In this document: piece after piece, positions 23,594 through 36,173 of the stretch
Numbering within the stretch: the first letter of the stretch is position 1
Layout of the letters: each line of letters opens with the position of its first letter
Assembly: GCF_016432865.1 (NCBI RefSeq)
Contig: NC_067400.1
Location: 619,876,001 to 619,940,000 of the forward strand
From: Antechinus flavipes
Lineage: Eukaryota
Length of the DNA: 64,000 nucleotides
Reading direction: 5' to 3'
Translations under genes and position numbers: made by a program
The notes under the pieces: model-generated
The model's database searches: none
The model's input: the letters and a program-made list of their open reading frames with translations, nothing else
What the model was told of the DNA's origin: nothing

Positions 23594-25348
23594 GCGGCCC
23601 CCAGCGTCCCGACGCCTCGTGGCGTTGCCCGGCCCCGGCCCCTCCTCTGACCCCGGCGGGGGGTCCCCGACTCCAGAGACCGGCCTTCGTCTCCCACTTG
23701 TCCAGCAGGTCTGGGCAGCCGGTGGTACTTCTTTGACCCAAGTTTCTCAAAATTGTTGCCGAACGGGGCTCTGACCTCAGGCCTCGAGTCCCTCTTCTGG
23801 CCCAGGAAAGGACGCAGACATTTCCCTCCCTGTCAGAGCCTCCAGCCCCCACCAGGGACCCAAGCCCCCTGATCCCACAGTTCATGACCCCCGAGGGACC
23901 CAAGCGTCCCGCTCTCCGGTTCACTAATAAAGCTGTTGTGATTCGCCCTTTCTGTGTCCTGGGTGTGTGGTTGGCAGCTGAGGGCTAACCAGGTGGTTCT
24001 GAGGGCCGCGCATTAGTGGAGGGAGCGCAAAGGAAGGAGGGGAGGCCCTGAGGAGCTGGGCTGGGGGCCTTCCCTTCCCCCCAAATCAGTTGTCTCAGCA
24101 ACTCCCATTTATGGCCTTTGCCAGCTCAGCAACTCTGGGGACTAGAAGCTGCTGGTAGCCGGGCCTATTGTCCCGAGGGGTTAAGGGATTTGGGGGCACC
24201 CGGGGGAGGGCATTCAGGAAGGGCTGGGACTGGGCTGGGATTCAGTCTGCACCAGGGGGACGTGATCATCGGAGGGTTCGGCATCATCTCTGAGACTAAG
24301 GTATGGACCGAGGCCCCCGCTCCCGAACCCGGAGCCCCGTCCCAGTCCCCCAAGTGTCTGAATCCCAGCTCCCGCTCCCTCGGGGCTTCGTCTCCCCGAT
24401 CCCCACCACCATCATCTTGGGGACCCAGCAGTTCTGGGGGGGAGCGAGATAACCGGAGCTCCTCACAATACGACCCCAAGTCCCCTGTAGGTATCCACCA
24501 TTCCCCCTTGGAAGATCCAGGTGTCTGACATCTTTAGATGGACACAGAGAGACAAAGAGATGGAAACAAAAACAGAGAGACAGAAACAGGGAGATAAAAG
24601 ACACAAAGAGAGGAAAGAGAGACAGACGGGGGAGAGAAGGAAATAGCAGGTGGTTAAGGGGAGGAAGGAAAGGAAAAAAAGGAAAGGGACACAAAGAGGA
24701 AAAGACAAATAGAGATGGAGATGGGGCGGGGCAGGAAAAACCCTACGGGAACTGAGATGGAGAGAAAGAGACTTCGAGGTACCTACCTCAATGACACAAA
24801 CTAGGGGATCTAGAACCCAGCCAATTCCCCTCGGAAACCAGGCCCCCCGATTTCCCAACCTTCACCCCCGACCCTCTAGGGACCCAAGAACGCTGGTTCC
24901 CCAACTCCCACTCCCTGTCCCCAGAGATAGTTACACCCCTGGGTCCCAGCTCTCCAGGACCCAGTGTGTGATGGAACACTCAGATGGCCAGCCCAGGACC
25001 ATTTAGGACCATTGGCGAATCAGGCGTCTCCCCGTGTCTTTCATTCTCACCTCTCTAAAGGACCCAGACGACCAATGTCTCTGCTGCTAAACTGTCAGAG
25101 ACACAGAATCCATCACCAGCCTTGCCTCCCTCAATCCGGTCTACAAGGACGCCGGCATCTGGGGACATAAATCCCAGCCCGGCCCAGACCCAGATGCAGC
25201 CTCTGTCCCTCAGGTGCTCCTGGCCCCCTGTGCTTTTAAGAGCCAGGGCCCTTAGGTCCCCAGGCCAGGAGTCTCCCCCCCCCACTCTCTGAGGCTCCCT
25301 CATTTCCCTTCCTCCTCTTCCCCCTCCCTCCCTCTCTCCCAGGACACC

Positions 25349-28300
25349 ATGTACAGCTTCATGGGCGGGGGCCTCTTCTGTGCCTGGGTGGGGAACATCC
25401 TGCTCGTGGTTGCCACGGCTACGGACCATTGGATGCAGTACCGGCTGTCCGGGGCCTTTGCCCACCAGGGCTTGTGGCGCTATTGCCTCAGCAACAAATG
25501 TTACCTGCAGACCGAGAGCATTGGTAAGGGGGCTGGTGGGGGGGGGGACCAGGGCCACAGGCCAGAGCCCCGGGCACTTGGCTGTAACCGGGCAGAGCAG
25601 CCCGGGCGGGCACCGAAGTGGGGGAACAGGTAGAGAATCCAGGGGCATCTGGAGGTTGGCAGAGCCAGAGAGTCTTAAGGAAGCCCAGAGCGAGGAGGAA
25701 TATCCTTAAAATGGAGAATGGCGGGGATGGCAGGACCCTTAAAGCAGGGAATGCAGGGATGGCAGGACCCTTAAAGCAGGGAATGACGGAGCTGGGAGGG
25801 GCCAGAGAACAGGGAAAGTTCGAAGTGAGAAGTTAAGAGATGATCAAGAAGGAGAAAGAGAAGCAGGAGGTGTGAAAGAAAAAAAGAGAAAGATGGAACA
25901 GTAACAACAAGGAAGAGACAGAGAGCGGCAGGAGCCAGGACACTGAGGCAGAGATGGGGAAACACATACGGGGAAACAGACGTGAGGAAGGCAGGATGGG
26001 GAGACAGAGGGAGGGAGGAGGAGGAAAGAAACCAAGATGTGGAGAAAAACAGGGAAATCAACAGAGATAGAAAAGAAACAGAGACAATACACACAGAGAG
26101 ACACAGTGAGACAGATACACAGAGACAGAGAGACAACCAGACAGAGACATCGACAGAGAAAGATACAGAGAAAGAGGAAACGGAGAAAGAGCGAGACACA
26201 GAGACATGAACAAAGATACCTGAGAGACAGAGGGAAAGATCCACAGAGACAGAGACAAACACAGACAGAGACAAAAACAGACAGAAACAAGGAGCTAAAA
26301 GACACAAAGAGAGGCAGAGAGGAAGGAGACAGAGACATAAAGAGACAGAAGGGGGAGAGAAGGAAATAGCAGGTGGTAAGGGGAGGAAGGAAAGGAAAAG
26401 AGGAAAGGGACACAGAGGAAAAGACAAATAGAGATGGAGATGGGCCAGGACAGGGAAAACTCTAAGGAAACTGAGATGGGGACGGAGAGAAAGAGGAAAA
26501 TGAACAGAGACAGAAACAGAGAAGGTGAAATAGCTCACAGGAGAGGAGAGCAATCGAGACCAGGTCAAGGTCTGGGAGATGAAGCCCGCGCGCTGCCCAA
26601 CACAAGGGGTACAATGGCAGGCAAGAATCAGCCCCTGTGCTTGAACTCAGGAGATCTCCTGCGGGAGACCCCGTGCCAACAATCAGGGGCACCAAGAGGC
26701 AACCTGGAGGGATGCCCTAGGGAAGGCAGTAGCATCAAGAGAGATGGGGACCCTGGGAAGTGGTCATGAGTGGGGAAAAGGATGGGCTGGGCAGCCTGGA
26801 AGTAACCTCAGAACCCAGATCTTTCCTGCCCCAAGAAGCCAGGGACTGCGGTACATCCCAGAGGGAGAAGAGCTAGCCTCCGTTCTCCTCTCTGCTTTCA
26901 GCTTCAGTCGCCTCCCCGGGCCGCAGTTGCCCTGTTTGCTAAATTAGGGATTTTCTCTAAAATCGTGATCCCAAAGGCCCCTCCCTGCTACTTCACCCAT
27001 CAAGATGTAGCTTCTCCCTATGGAGAACATGCCCAACTTCATGGGGTCCAAAGGGGTGGTTACATTTGGTGATCAGAGGAGGCTCCCTGTGTTAGGAGAA
27101 TCACATGAGCTAGTGGAAAAGGGCTGCATAAATGTCTCTTTTATTACCACTTGTCTATTAGTTATTTTTATTAATTACATTATTATATTTATTACCACTT
27201 ATTACTTATCACCAAGTAGTTCTTAACACAGTTTCTGTGAATGAGACGGTGGGTACATTTGTTGCTTCTTTCATGACATCGCCTTTCGTATTTGAACAAG
27301 TCTGAGACAAAGGGGAGGAAGAATAGTGAGACTCAGAACCAAGAACTGAGTTCCAATCCTGCTTCAGACTCTTGTACAGCCATCACTTTTCTTGGTCGCA
27401 ACCTCAAGTTTGTTCATCTGTTAGGTGACTTGTGGGAGCATCAGCCCTAATACATTGTGGTGTCCAAGCTTTAAGTGCTACATAAACATCATTATTATTA
27501 CCACTTTGCAAAAGAAATAGAGGTGCCGGGAAGGGAGGGGACTTCTCAGAACTGGGAGAGAGTTGGGGCTCTCTCTTTCAAGCAGTGCATAAAAAAATTA
27601 ATCTTCCCTTAGAACATTCTCAATCAGGGATGTCTAGCTTCTTCTGAATTATCTCAGAGCATCAGGGGACCCACTACTCCTAAAGTAATCTCCCCCTAGA
27701 ACATACCTAATAAGGGGTTCTCTAATTTTTGAATACCCGCAGGGGTCAGGGGACTCACTACTCCCAAAAGAGCCCATTTTCCCCTGACCTCAAACCTAAA
27801 TCTCCTCTCTATGCTTTTTGCCCATGACTGTTGCCTTCTGGTATCAATTAGAGCAAATGTGGCTCTTCAGAGACTTGAAGGTAGCCTAGTATGGCTGCCC
27901 TGAACCTTCTCTTCTTTGGATTAAATGTTCTTAGTCCCTTTAACTGCTCTTCATATACCATGAACTGAAATTTCTCTACCACCCTAGTTGACCTCCTCTT
28001 GGTCAGCTTGTTGATGAGCTTTCCCTGGGGTACCCAGAATCAAACACAGTGCACCGAGGGGTTCTTACTAGGGTATGGTATAGCTCCCTAGTTCTGGACA
28101 TGAACTTGCTAAACCTAAGCAAGCCCTGAATTGCTTTTCCAACTGCTGAATCCTCTTGTTGATGCATTCTAAGCATGCAGTCCACTAAAACCCCAAACAA
28201 AATAAAAATAAAAAGCAACCAACAATCTGGATTCTTCTCAAAAATGTTGCTCAGTAAAACCTCTTTTATCTTCCACTGGTGAAGTTAATTTCTTGAATCC

Positions 28301-30642
28301 AAATATAAAACTTTAAATATTCACTCATTCATTTCTCCAGATGATATTCAGCCCCATTGGTCTAGTGGCTCTCTATATGACTATCTTCCATTGGTGAAGT
28401 TGATTTCTTGAACCCAAGTGTAAAAGTTTACATTTATCATTCATTCATTTCTTGAACCCAAGTGTAAAAGTTTACATTTATCATTCATTTCTCCTGATGA
28501 AATTCAGCCCCGTTGGTCTAGTTGGTCAATATCTTCTGTCTTCCACTGGTGAAGTTGATTTCTTGAATCCAAGTATAAAACTTCACACTTAACCTTCATT
28601 TCTCCTGATGAAATTCAGCCCCATTGGTCTCGTGGCCCACTATATGACTATCTTCCACTGGTAAAGTTGATTTCTTGAACCCAAGTGTAAAATTTACACT
28701 TATCCCTCATTCATTTCTTCTCATGAAATTCTCGGAGACTGTGTCAGGGAATCAGAACAAATCTAAGCAGTCCTGCCAAGCTGGGAAAGCCTTCCGCCCA
28801 AGTCCAACTAACCTTGCAGAGCCTTGAATAGGCTTGTCACCAGAAGGTTGGCCAGAAGGGGAAGAGAACACTGTGGTTCTGGAGGATTGGGGAGGGTTTT
28901 CCCATAGGCTGTGTCTATCCTGAGTCTGGGAGGAAGAGGAGGATTCTACAGAGCAGAGACAAGGAGAGAGGGCTTGACCTATGGGTTTGCAAAGAACCAG
29001 AGGAGGTAAGGCTGAAGTTGAGAAAGCTCTCCTCTCCCAATCGAACTAGAAATGTGGGAGGGAAATTGGGGGGAAAAGGCAGAAAAGGCCAGCCCTCCGA
29101 GCTGGCTCCATAGAGAAGCAATTGGATCTGGAGCTACAGACTGGATCATGTAACCTCTTGTAAAACTTGGGGCTCTTAAAAGAACACAGAATCTGGAGTC
29201 GGAGGTCTTGGGATTGAGTTCCAGGTCTGCCATTTAATGACATGACAACCTCTCTGGGCTTCAGTTTCTCATCTGTAAAATAAGCCTCTGAGGTCCATTC
29301 CTAGGTCCTGCTGCCGTTGAGAAAATCAGGTCAATGGAGAGCTCTTTGTGAGCCTTCGGGCTATAACTTTTTATTCTCCTTATTAAAGCCTGGGCTGCTA
29401 GTCTGTGCTTTAGCCTCTAGGTGATAGGGAGCCACCAGAGGATTATGAGCAGGGGAGGGAAGATCAGGATTCCTTTGACAAATGTTACCGGTAACCATGG
29501 AAAGAGGCAGTTGCCGGAGACTGGAGGAACGCAGGCAGATGGCTGATGACAGAGTGAGCTGAGATTTGTATTGGAGGGGGGAATGGAAGGTGGGGAGTTC
29601 ATGTAAGGAAGGAGAAAGGGTATGAGGGCTAAGAAAGGCCATTAATGGGCGAAGTCAATGGCTGAAGAGCTCCGTGGTACGTTGGGGAGGGGGGAATAGA
29701 GCAAGACCAAAGGTGGGGGTAGGTTGTGGAAGTGGGGAAGCAGGGTGTCTGGACCCCGCGCCCCAGCAATACTCCAGCACGCGATGGCCGACACGTGAGA
29801 ACGAAGAAGTGAGCAGCTGTTGCCCCTTCAATAGCATATTGGAACGCGACGCGGGCCTTCATGATCCTGGCGGCTCTCTGCTGCTTTGTGGGGATTGTCA
29901 TCGGGATCCTGGCCTTTGCCCAGCTGCCCACCTTCCACCGGCTCACGCGCCCCTTCTCGGCGGGCATTATGTTCTTTATCTCCAGTAAGTGACCCCCCTC
30001 TTTCCTCTTTGCCGACCTTCGCCCTCCCCAGCTCTGTCCGGACCCTTCCCAAGGACAGCCATGACCGCTCCCGGCCCTCAGTCCTGGCTCGAGCCCATCC
30101 CCAGCTCTCGCCCCAGTCCGTCCCTGACTCTAGAACCAGAAATCCTACTTTTAGTCCTAAATCTAGCACCATCTCCTCCCCCCCAGTCCCATGGCCATTC
30201 CCATTTTCAGTCACCTCACCACCCCTCCTCCCACGCTTCTCTCCGAGGGGGGGGTCAGGGTGCCCCCAGCCCCATCCCCTCCCCCGCCGCACCCCCAGAT
30301 CCATCCCGGCCCCCTCCCCCCAGTTTCTAGCCTTCCCCGCCCTGTCTCTGTCCAGCTCTCTTCGTCCTCCTCGCCATGGCCATCTACACGGGAGTCACCG
30401 TCAGCTTCCTGGGCCGCCGCTTCGGGGACTGGCGCTTCTCCTGGTCCTACATTCTGGGTTGGGTGTCTTTGCTCATGACCTTCTTTGCAGGTAACTATAG
30501 ACCCGGTGAGAGGCCGGGGCTTGGGGCTGAGAGGGCCTGGACCCTTGGCCTGGGTCCCCTCAGACCTTCCCTCCTTGTAGGGATATTTTACATGTGCGCC
30601 TACCGAATGCATGAATGTCGCCGCCTTTCCGGACCCCGCTGA
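25349..30642 (+). CDS. LIM2: Lens intrinsic membrane protein 2 (MP19/MP20), 173 aa; exons 25349-25523, 29835-29984, 30356-30490, 30581-30642
   Basis: MYSFMGGGLFCAWVGNILLVVATATDHWMQYRLSGAFAHQGLWRYC...AYWNATRAFMIL...RRFGDWRFSWSYILGW...IFYMCAYRMHECRRLSGPR. All introns are GT-AG phase 1, total 522 nt. AATAAA at 30973-30978. Confidence 0.98.
27820..28730 (-). mobile_element. CR1/L3-like fragment followed by ~115-bp degenerate tandem duplications (28255-28730) in LIM2 intron
   Basis: The unit cttccactggtgaagttgatttcttgaacccaagtgtaaaa...cattcatttctcc recurs about four times. The upstream sequence resembles CR1 3' regions (from recall). Confidence 0.55.
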
Positions 30643-31237
30643 GCCCGGGCGCCGTCCAGGGGGCCCTGGAGCCGTCCTGTCCCCGACCCCGGCCCCGGCC
30701 CCCTCCCCTTGGATCCGACTTCAGTGAAGGAGCAGCAGGAAGCCCGGTCCCCGAGGGGCTGGGCTCGGGCGGTCTGGCTGCTTGAGGCTCTGAGGGAGTA
30801 GAGCTGGGCTGGCCTGCATCTGGGGGAGGGGAGAGTGGGCTCGGACATCTGGGCCCCCGGGGGCAGCCGCGGGAGCCGCATCTCTGGGCCCCTGAAGAAT
30901 CTGGGGACAGGACTCTGAATGTCTGGGGGCTAGCCTGGGGGGGGGAGGATGGAAAGGCTTGTTCTGACCTCCAATAAAACTACTGCGAAGCCCACTCGTG
31001 GTCTCTGAGTCAACATTTGTCCAGCGGTTGTTGGGCCCCCCAGGGACGGCTCAGGAACCCCGGATGCGCGACCGGCCAGACGTGGGGCTCGTGGCCTGGG
31101 GATCGAGGCCTCTGTGCCTCTGGCGGGGCCGGGGGGATGAAGGACTGACCGTCCAGGCCCCTCGAAGGGGGGGGGGGCTGGGGAAAAGCGTTCCGTGGCA
31201 GTTGAAGGAGTCTCCCAGGAGCTGTGGAATCATGATC

Positions 31238-34200
31238 ATGGCTAAACTGGCCAAGCTGCGTTGCAACTTCATCTCCACCATCCCGGCATTGCTTTTCATC
31301 AAAAGTATCACCATCCTGGGCGTCATCTTCTTTAACCCCTCCTGGGCTTTCTTCTATAACTATGAATACGAGGCCTTGGTGATGGCCAACCCATGGGTCA
31401 TATGCGTGAGGAAGCAGTGTAAGGTCATCAAGCACATCGGTAAGGCCCCGACCCCGCCTCGCCTCCCGCGCTGCGCTCTGGGCTTCCTTCTCCCCCCAGT
31501 CCCAACCTGTGACCTCGGGGGTATGACCCCTCTCCTCCCCTCTCCCCCGTGTGTCAGCCATCTCTGGGCCCGGACTCTTTAACTAGTGACGGATGTGGTC
31601 CAGCTTTCAACATCGCCCCTGGGATGGGTGACTGGGAACCTGCAGCACCAGGCGGCGTGGGATGAGTGCTAGTCCCTGCCCTTCCAAACGGCGCTTCCCC
31701 TTTCCTACCTGACACTAGTGGCTGGACGCCTGATCAATAACTCCTCGCTCCTGCTTCCTAACCTCTGACCCCCTTCCCTTCCAGCATCCCCGAACCTGAT
31801 CCCTCGGTCGGGCCCCCCTCATCAACTCCCACCATCCCCTTTGGTTTTACTCAGTAAGATTAACCTTTATCTCTTCCCTAACCCTAGTTGATCCTCATCA
31901 ACTCTGGGCAAAGAACAGACCAGGATTTAACCTTTTGGCAACCTGGCTTGTGTGTAAAAGGTAGAGAGACTTGGAGGACAATTCAATTCAATTCCACAGA
32001 CATTTATGGAGGGCTTGTGGTCTACAGGGCCTTACGCTCAGCGCTAGGGAAGCAAACAAAATGAAACCAAAAAACCATCTCGTGACAAATGGTCAAACAG
32101 CACGTCTACAGCCGATGCTCCCATTTTGACCGAGTTGGTTTAACTCTGCCCAATCATTCTAGAGTTCTCAGCGTGCATTTAGTAAACATTTACTATGTGT
32201 CAGGGATTTCTGGGAATATAAAGAAAGGGGAAAAATCCAGCCCCTGTCCTTAGGATTTCACCACCCGTAGCCAACCTAGGGGTGAGATCCTCAGAACTTA
32301 GTAAGAGATCATTAGATGAATCATCATGATGATTATTCTTGTTATGTTGACAATATTGATATAATTAAGAGGTATTCATTATATTTCTATTATTCTAGTG
32401 AATTAGCATTGATGAGTAATCATATAATTAATACTTAACTAGTTGTTTTATTGATATATTAATTATATTGGTATGTTTGTACTTGATATAATTAACGTAT
32501 TATGTCAATAATAGCTCACATTGATGTAGTGTTTTAAGGTATCCAAAGTGCTTTCCACATATGATCTCGTTCATTCTCAAAACATGAGATCTGGGGGATC
32601 GAGAGGTTATTTTTATTCCCATTTTACAGATGAGAAATGTCTGAGGCAAGTTTCCAATTCAGTTCTTCCTAACTCCAAGACTTTCCACTCTAACCACCAA
32701 TTGAGAGCTTTTATTTTTTCACTTGAGTCTTTTGAGGAACCCTGGGTTATCTCCTTGCCATGACTAGGTTGAAATCTAAATGAGGGAAGCAAACATTGAT
32801 TAAGCACCTACTATGTGCCAGGCACTATGCTTAGTGCTTTCCGAGTATTATCTCATTTGATTTTCACAACAACTTTGAAGGGAATTGTCATTATTATCCC
32901 CCATTTTATAGTTGGGAAAACTTAAGGCTGAAAGAGGTTAAGTGACTTGTCAGCACAAAGTCACACAGCTTTCAGTGGTTCATATATCCATATTGGTTAT
33001 GTTTGTGAGAGAAAACACAGATCGAAAAACATAAAACATAAAAAACTAAAGCGAAAAATAGTTTGCTTTGTTCTGCACACACAAGTTCTTATTCTGGATG
33101 TGTATAGCATTTTTCACTATGAATATGTTTTGGCTCATTGTTTTGCTGAGAAAAGCTAAGTCAATTATAGTTAGTCATCACACAGAGTTACTGTTACTAT
33201 GTACAATGTTCTCTTAGTTTTGCTTAATTCACTTTGTATGAGTTCATCTAAGTTTTCCTAGGTTTTTCTGAAATCATCTCATTCACCATTTCTTATAGCA
33301 GAATAATATTCCATTACAAACATACATCAAAACTTGTTCAGCCATTACCCAAATTACAATTCTTTGTTACCACAAAAAGAGCTTCTATACATTTTTTGTA
33401 TAAATTGGTTCTTTTCCCTTTAAAAAATATGTTTGGGGAATATGAATAAACATTTTGCAAAGAAGAAATTAAAGCCATTTCTTGTCATGTGAAAAAGTAT
33501 TCTAAATCACTTTTGATTAGAGAAATGCAAATTAAAACAACTCTGATCTATCACTTCACACCTTTCAAATTGGCTAAAGAAAAGGTCATGATAAAAGTTG
33601 GAGGGGATGTCAGAAAATTGAGACACTAATGCATTGTTGGTGGAATTGTGAAAGGATACAATCATTCTGAAGAGCAATTTGGAGCTCTCCAAAGGGCTTT
33701 AAAACTCAAAGGTCTATAAAACTGGGCATACCCTTTGACCCAGCAGTGTCATTACTGGGTCTGTATCCCAAGGAAATCATAAAAGAGGGATGTGCAAGGA
33801 TGAATGTTGAAAATTATCTTTGAATGTATTTGGAAAAACAAAATAATATTTATTTTATTTTTACAAAATAATATTTAAAAATATCTTTCACATATAGAAT
33901 TTATATTGCTATTTCTGGTCAAAGGACATGCACAATTTTATAGTCCTTTGCTCCTAGTTCCAAATTGCTCTTCAGAATAGTTGGATCAGTTCACAATTCT
34001 ACCAATGGAGTATTAGTGTTCCAATTTTCCTACATGCCCTCCAATATTTGTCAGTTTGTTTTTCTGTCACATCAGTCAACCTGATAGATGTGAGGTACTT
34101 GGAGTTGTTTTAACATATATTTTTCTAATCATCATTGATTTGGATTTCTTCCTCTGAAAACTGCCTGTTTGTATCATTTGACCACATATCATTTGAGGAA

Positions 34201-36119
34201 TGACTTATTTTCTTATATATTTGATTCTGTTCCATTAAATATTTGAGCAACGAGGCCTATATCAGAGACATTTGCTATAAATTCCCCCTCACCTCCGGCT
34301 TTCAGCTTTTCTTCTAATTTTGGCTGTACTGATTTTGTTTGTGCAAACCCTTTAAATTTAATATTAAAATTATTCATTTTACATCTCATAATTCTATCTC
34401 TTGTTTAGTAATAAGTTCTTTCCTTGTCCATAGATCTGATAAACTATTCCATGCTCCCCTGATTTTCCTATGATCTCACTCTTTCTATCTAAGCCCTGTA
34501 CCAATTTTGACCTTATCTTGGGACACGGTGTAACATGTTAGTCTATACCTAGTTTCTGTCAAATTATTTAACAATTTTCCCTGAATTTTATCGAATAGAG
34601 AATTCTTGTCCCCAAAGCTTGGATCTTTCTGTTTTTCAAATACTACATTATTGTGATCATTGACTACTGTGTATTCTATACCTGATCTATGCCACTGATT
34701 CACCACTCTATGATTATTAGTATGGATAGGACATCTTCTTTCACATTTCCCCCCATTAATTTTCTTGATATTCTTCACCTTTTGTTCTTCCAGATGAATT
34801 TTATTATGTAGTTCAATTGGCATGGCACTGTATACATAATTTAATTTGAGTAAAATTGTTATTTTTATTATACTGGCTCAACCCATCCATAAGCTATTTT
34901 TTTCTGATTGTTTAGATCTGATTTTATCTGTGTGAAAAGTACTCTGTAATTGTGTTTTTATAGTCCCTGGATTTATCTTAGCATGTAGATATCCAAGTAT
35001 TTTATATTGTCTACTGTTAAGGGACAGATCAGTTCTCCAAGAGCCTCCACAGCTGTGGATCATAGCATCTGAAGGAGTCACAGGGCAGCCTTTGCTGACA
35101 CAGGTGTTGCAGATTGGGAATGAGATAAATTGGAGGCAGAGGGAAGAGGAGAGAGGTCAGCCATTGTCAGGTGGCTTCCGTGTATTCCAACAGTTCTTCC
35201 GTGTATTCGAACAGTCTACCTCTATTTAAAATGGAATTTCTCTTTGTATTTCTTGCTGATGGACTCTGTTGTCAATATGAAGACATGCTGATGTTCATTT
35301 ATGTGAGTTTTCTTTATATCCTGAAACTTGGCAAAGTTGTTAATTATTTCAACTAGTTTTTTAGTTGATTATTAAGTTTACCATCATATCATTTGCAAAG
35401 AGTCATAGTTTTGTTTGTTCACTGCCTATTTTAATTCCTTCATTTATAGTAACAATACATTTATAGTAACAATATTGAATAATTGTGGGAATAATGGGTA
35501 TCCTTACTTCAATCCTGCTCTTATTGAGAAGTCTTTCTAGCTTATCCCCATTACAGGTAATACTTGCTGGTTTTAGATATATGTTACTTTAAAGAAGATC
35601 CATTAGTTCATATGATCTCTAGGGTTTTTTTTTAATAGCAATGGGAGTTATATTTTGTCTAAAACTTTTGCATCTCTTGAGATGATCACATAATTGCTAT
35701 TGGTTTTGTTATTGATATAGTCACCTATGCTGATAGTTTTTCTAATATTGAATCAGCCCCGAATTCCTGGCATAAATCCTATCAGGTCATAATGTATGAT
35801 TCTTGTGATATTTTGCTGTAATTCCTTGGCTACCAATTTATTTAAAAATTTTTTTGCAGCAATCTTCATTAGGGAAATTGGTCTATAGTTTTCTTTCTCT
35901 GTTTTGGCTCTTTGGGGCTTAAGTATTTTTAGTTCCATGTTTGTATTTTTAAAATAATTTGATAGGCGCCTTCTTTGCCTATTTTTATTTTTTTCCAAAG
36001 ATTCTCTTTTTGGTTACATTTTAAGTTCTGAACTACCTGTTTCCTTTCCCACTTCATACTAGAGAAAGCTACCATTTGGCACGCACATTATATATAAATA
36101 TAAAAAGATAGCTAGAGGG

Positions 36120-36173
<54 letters not shown>

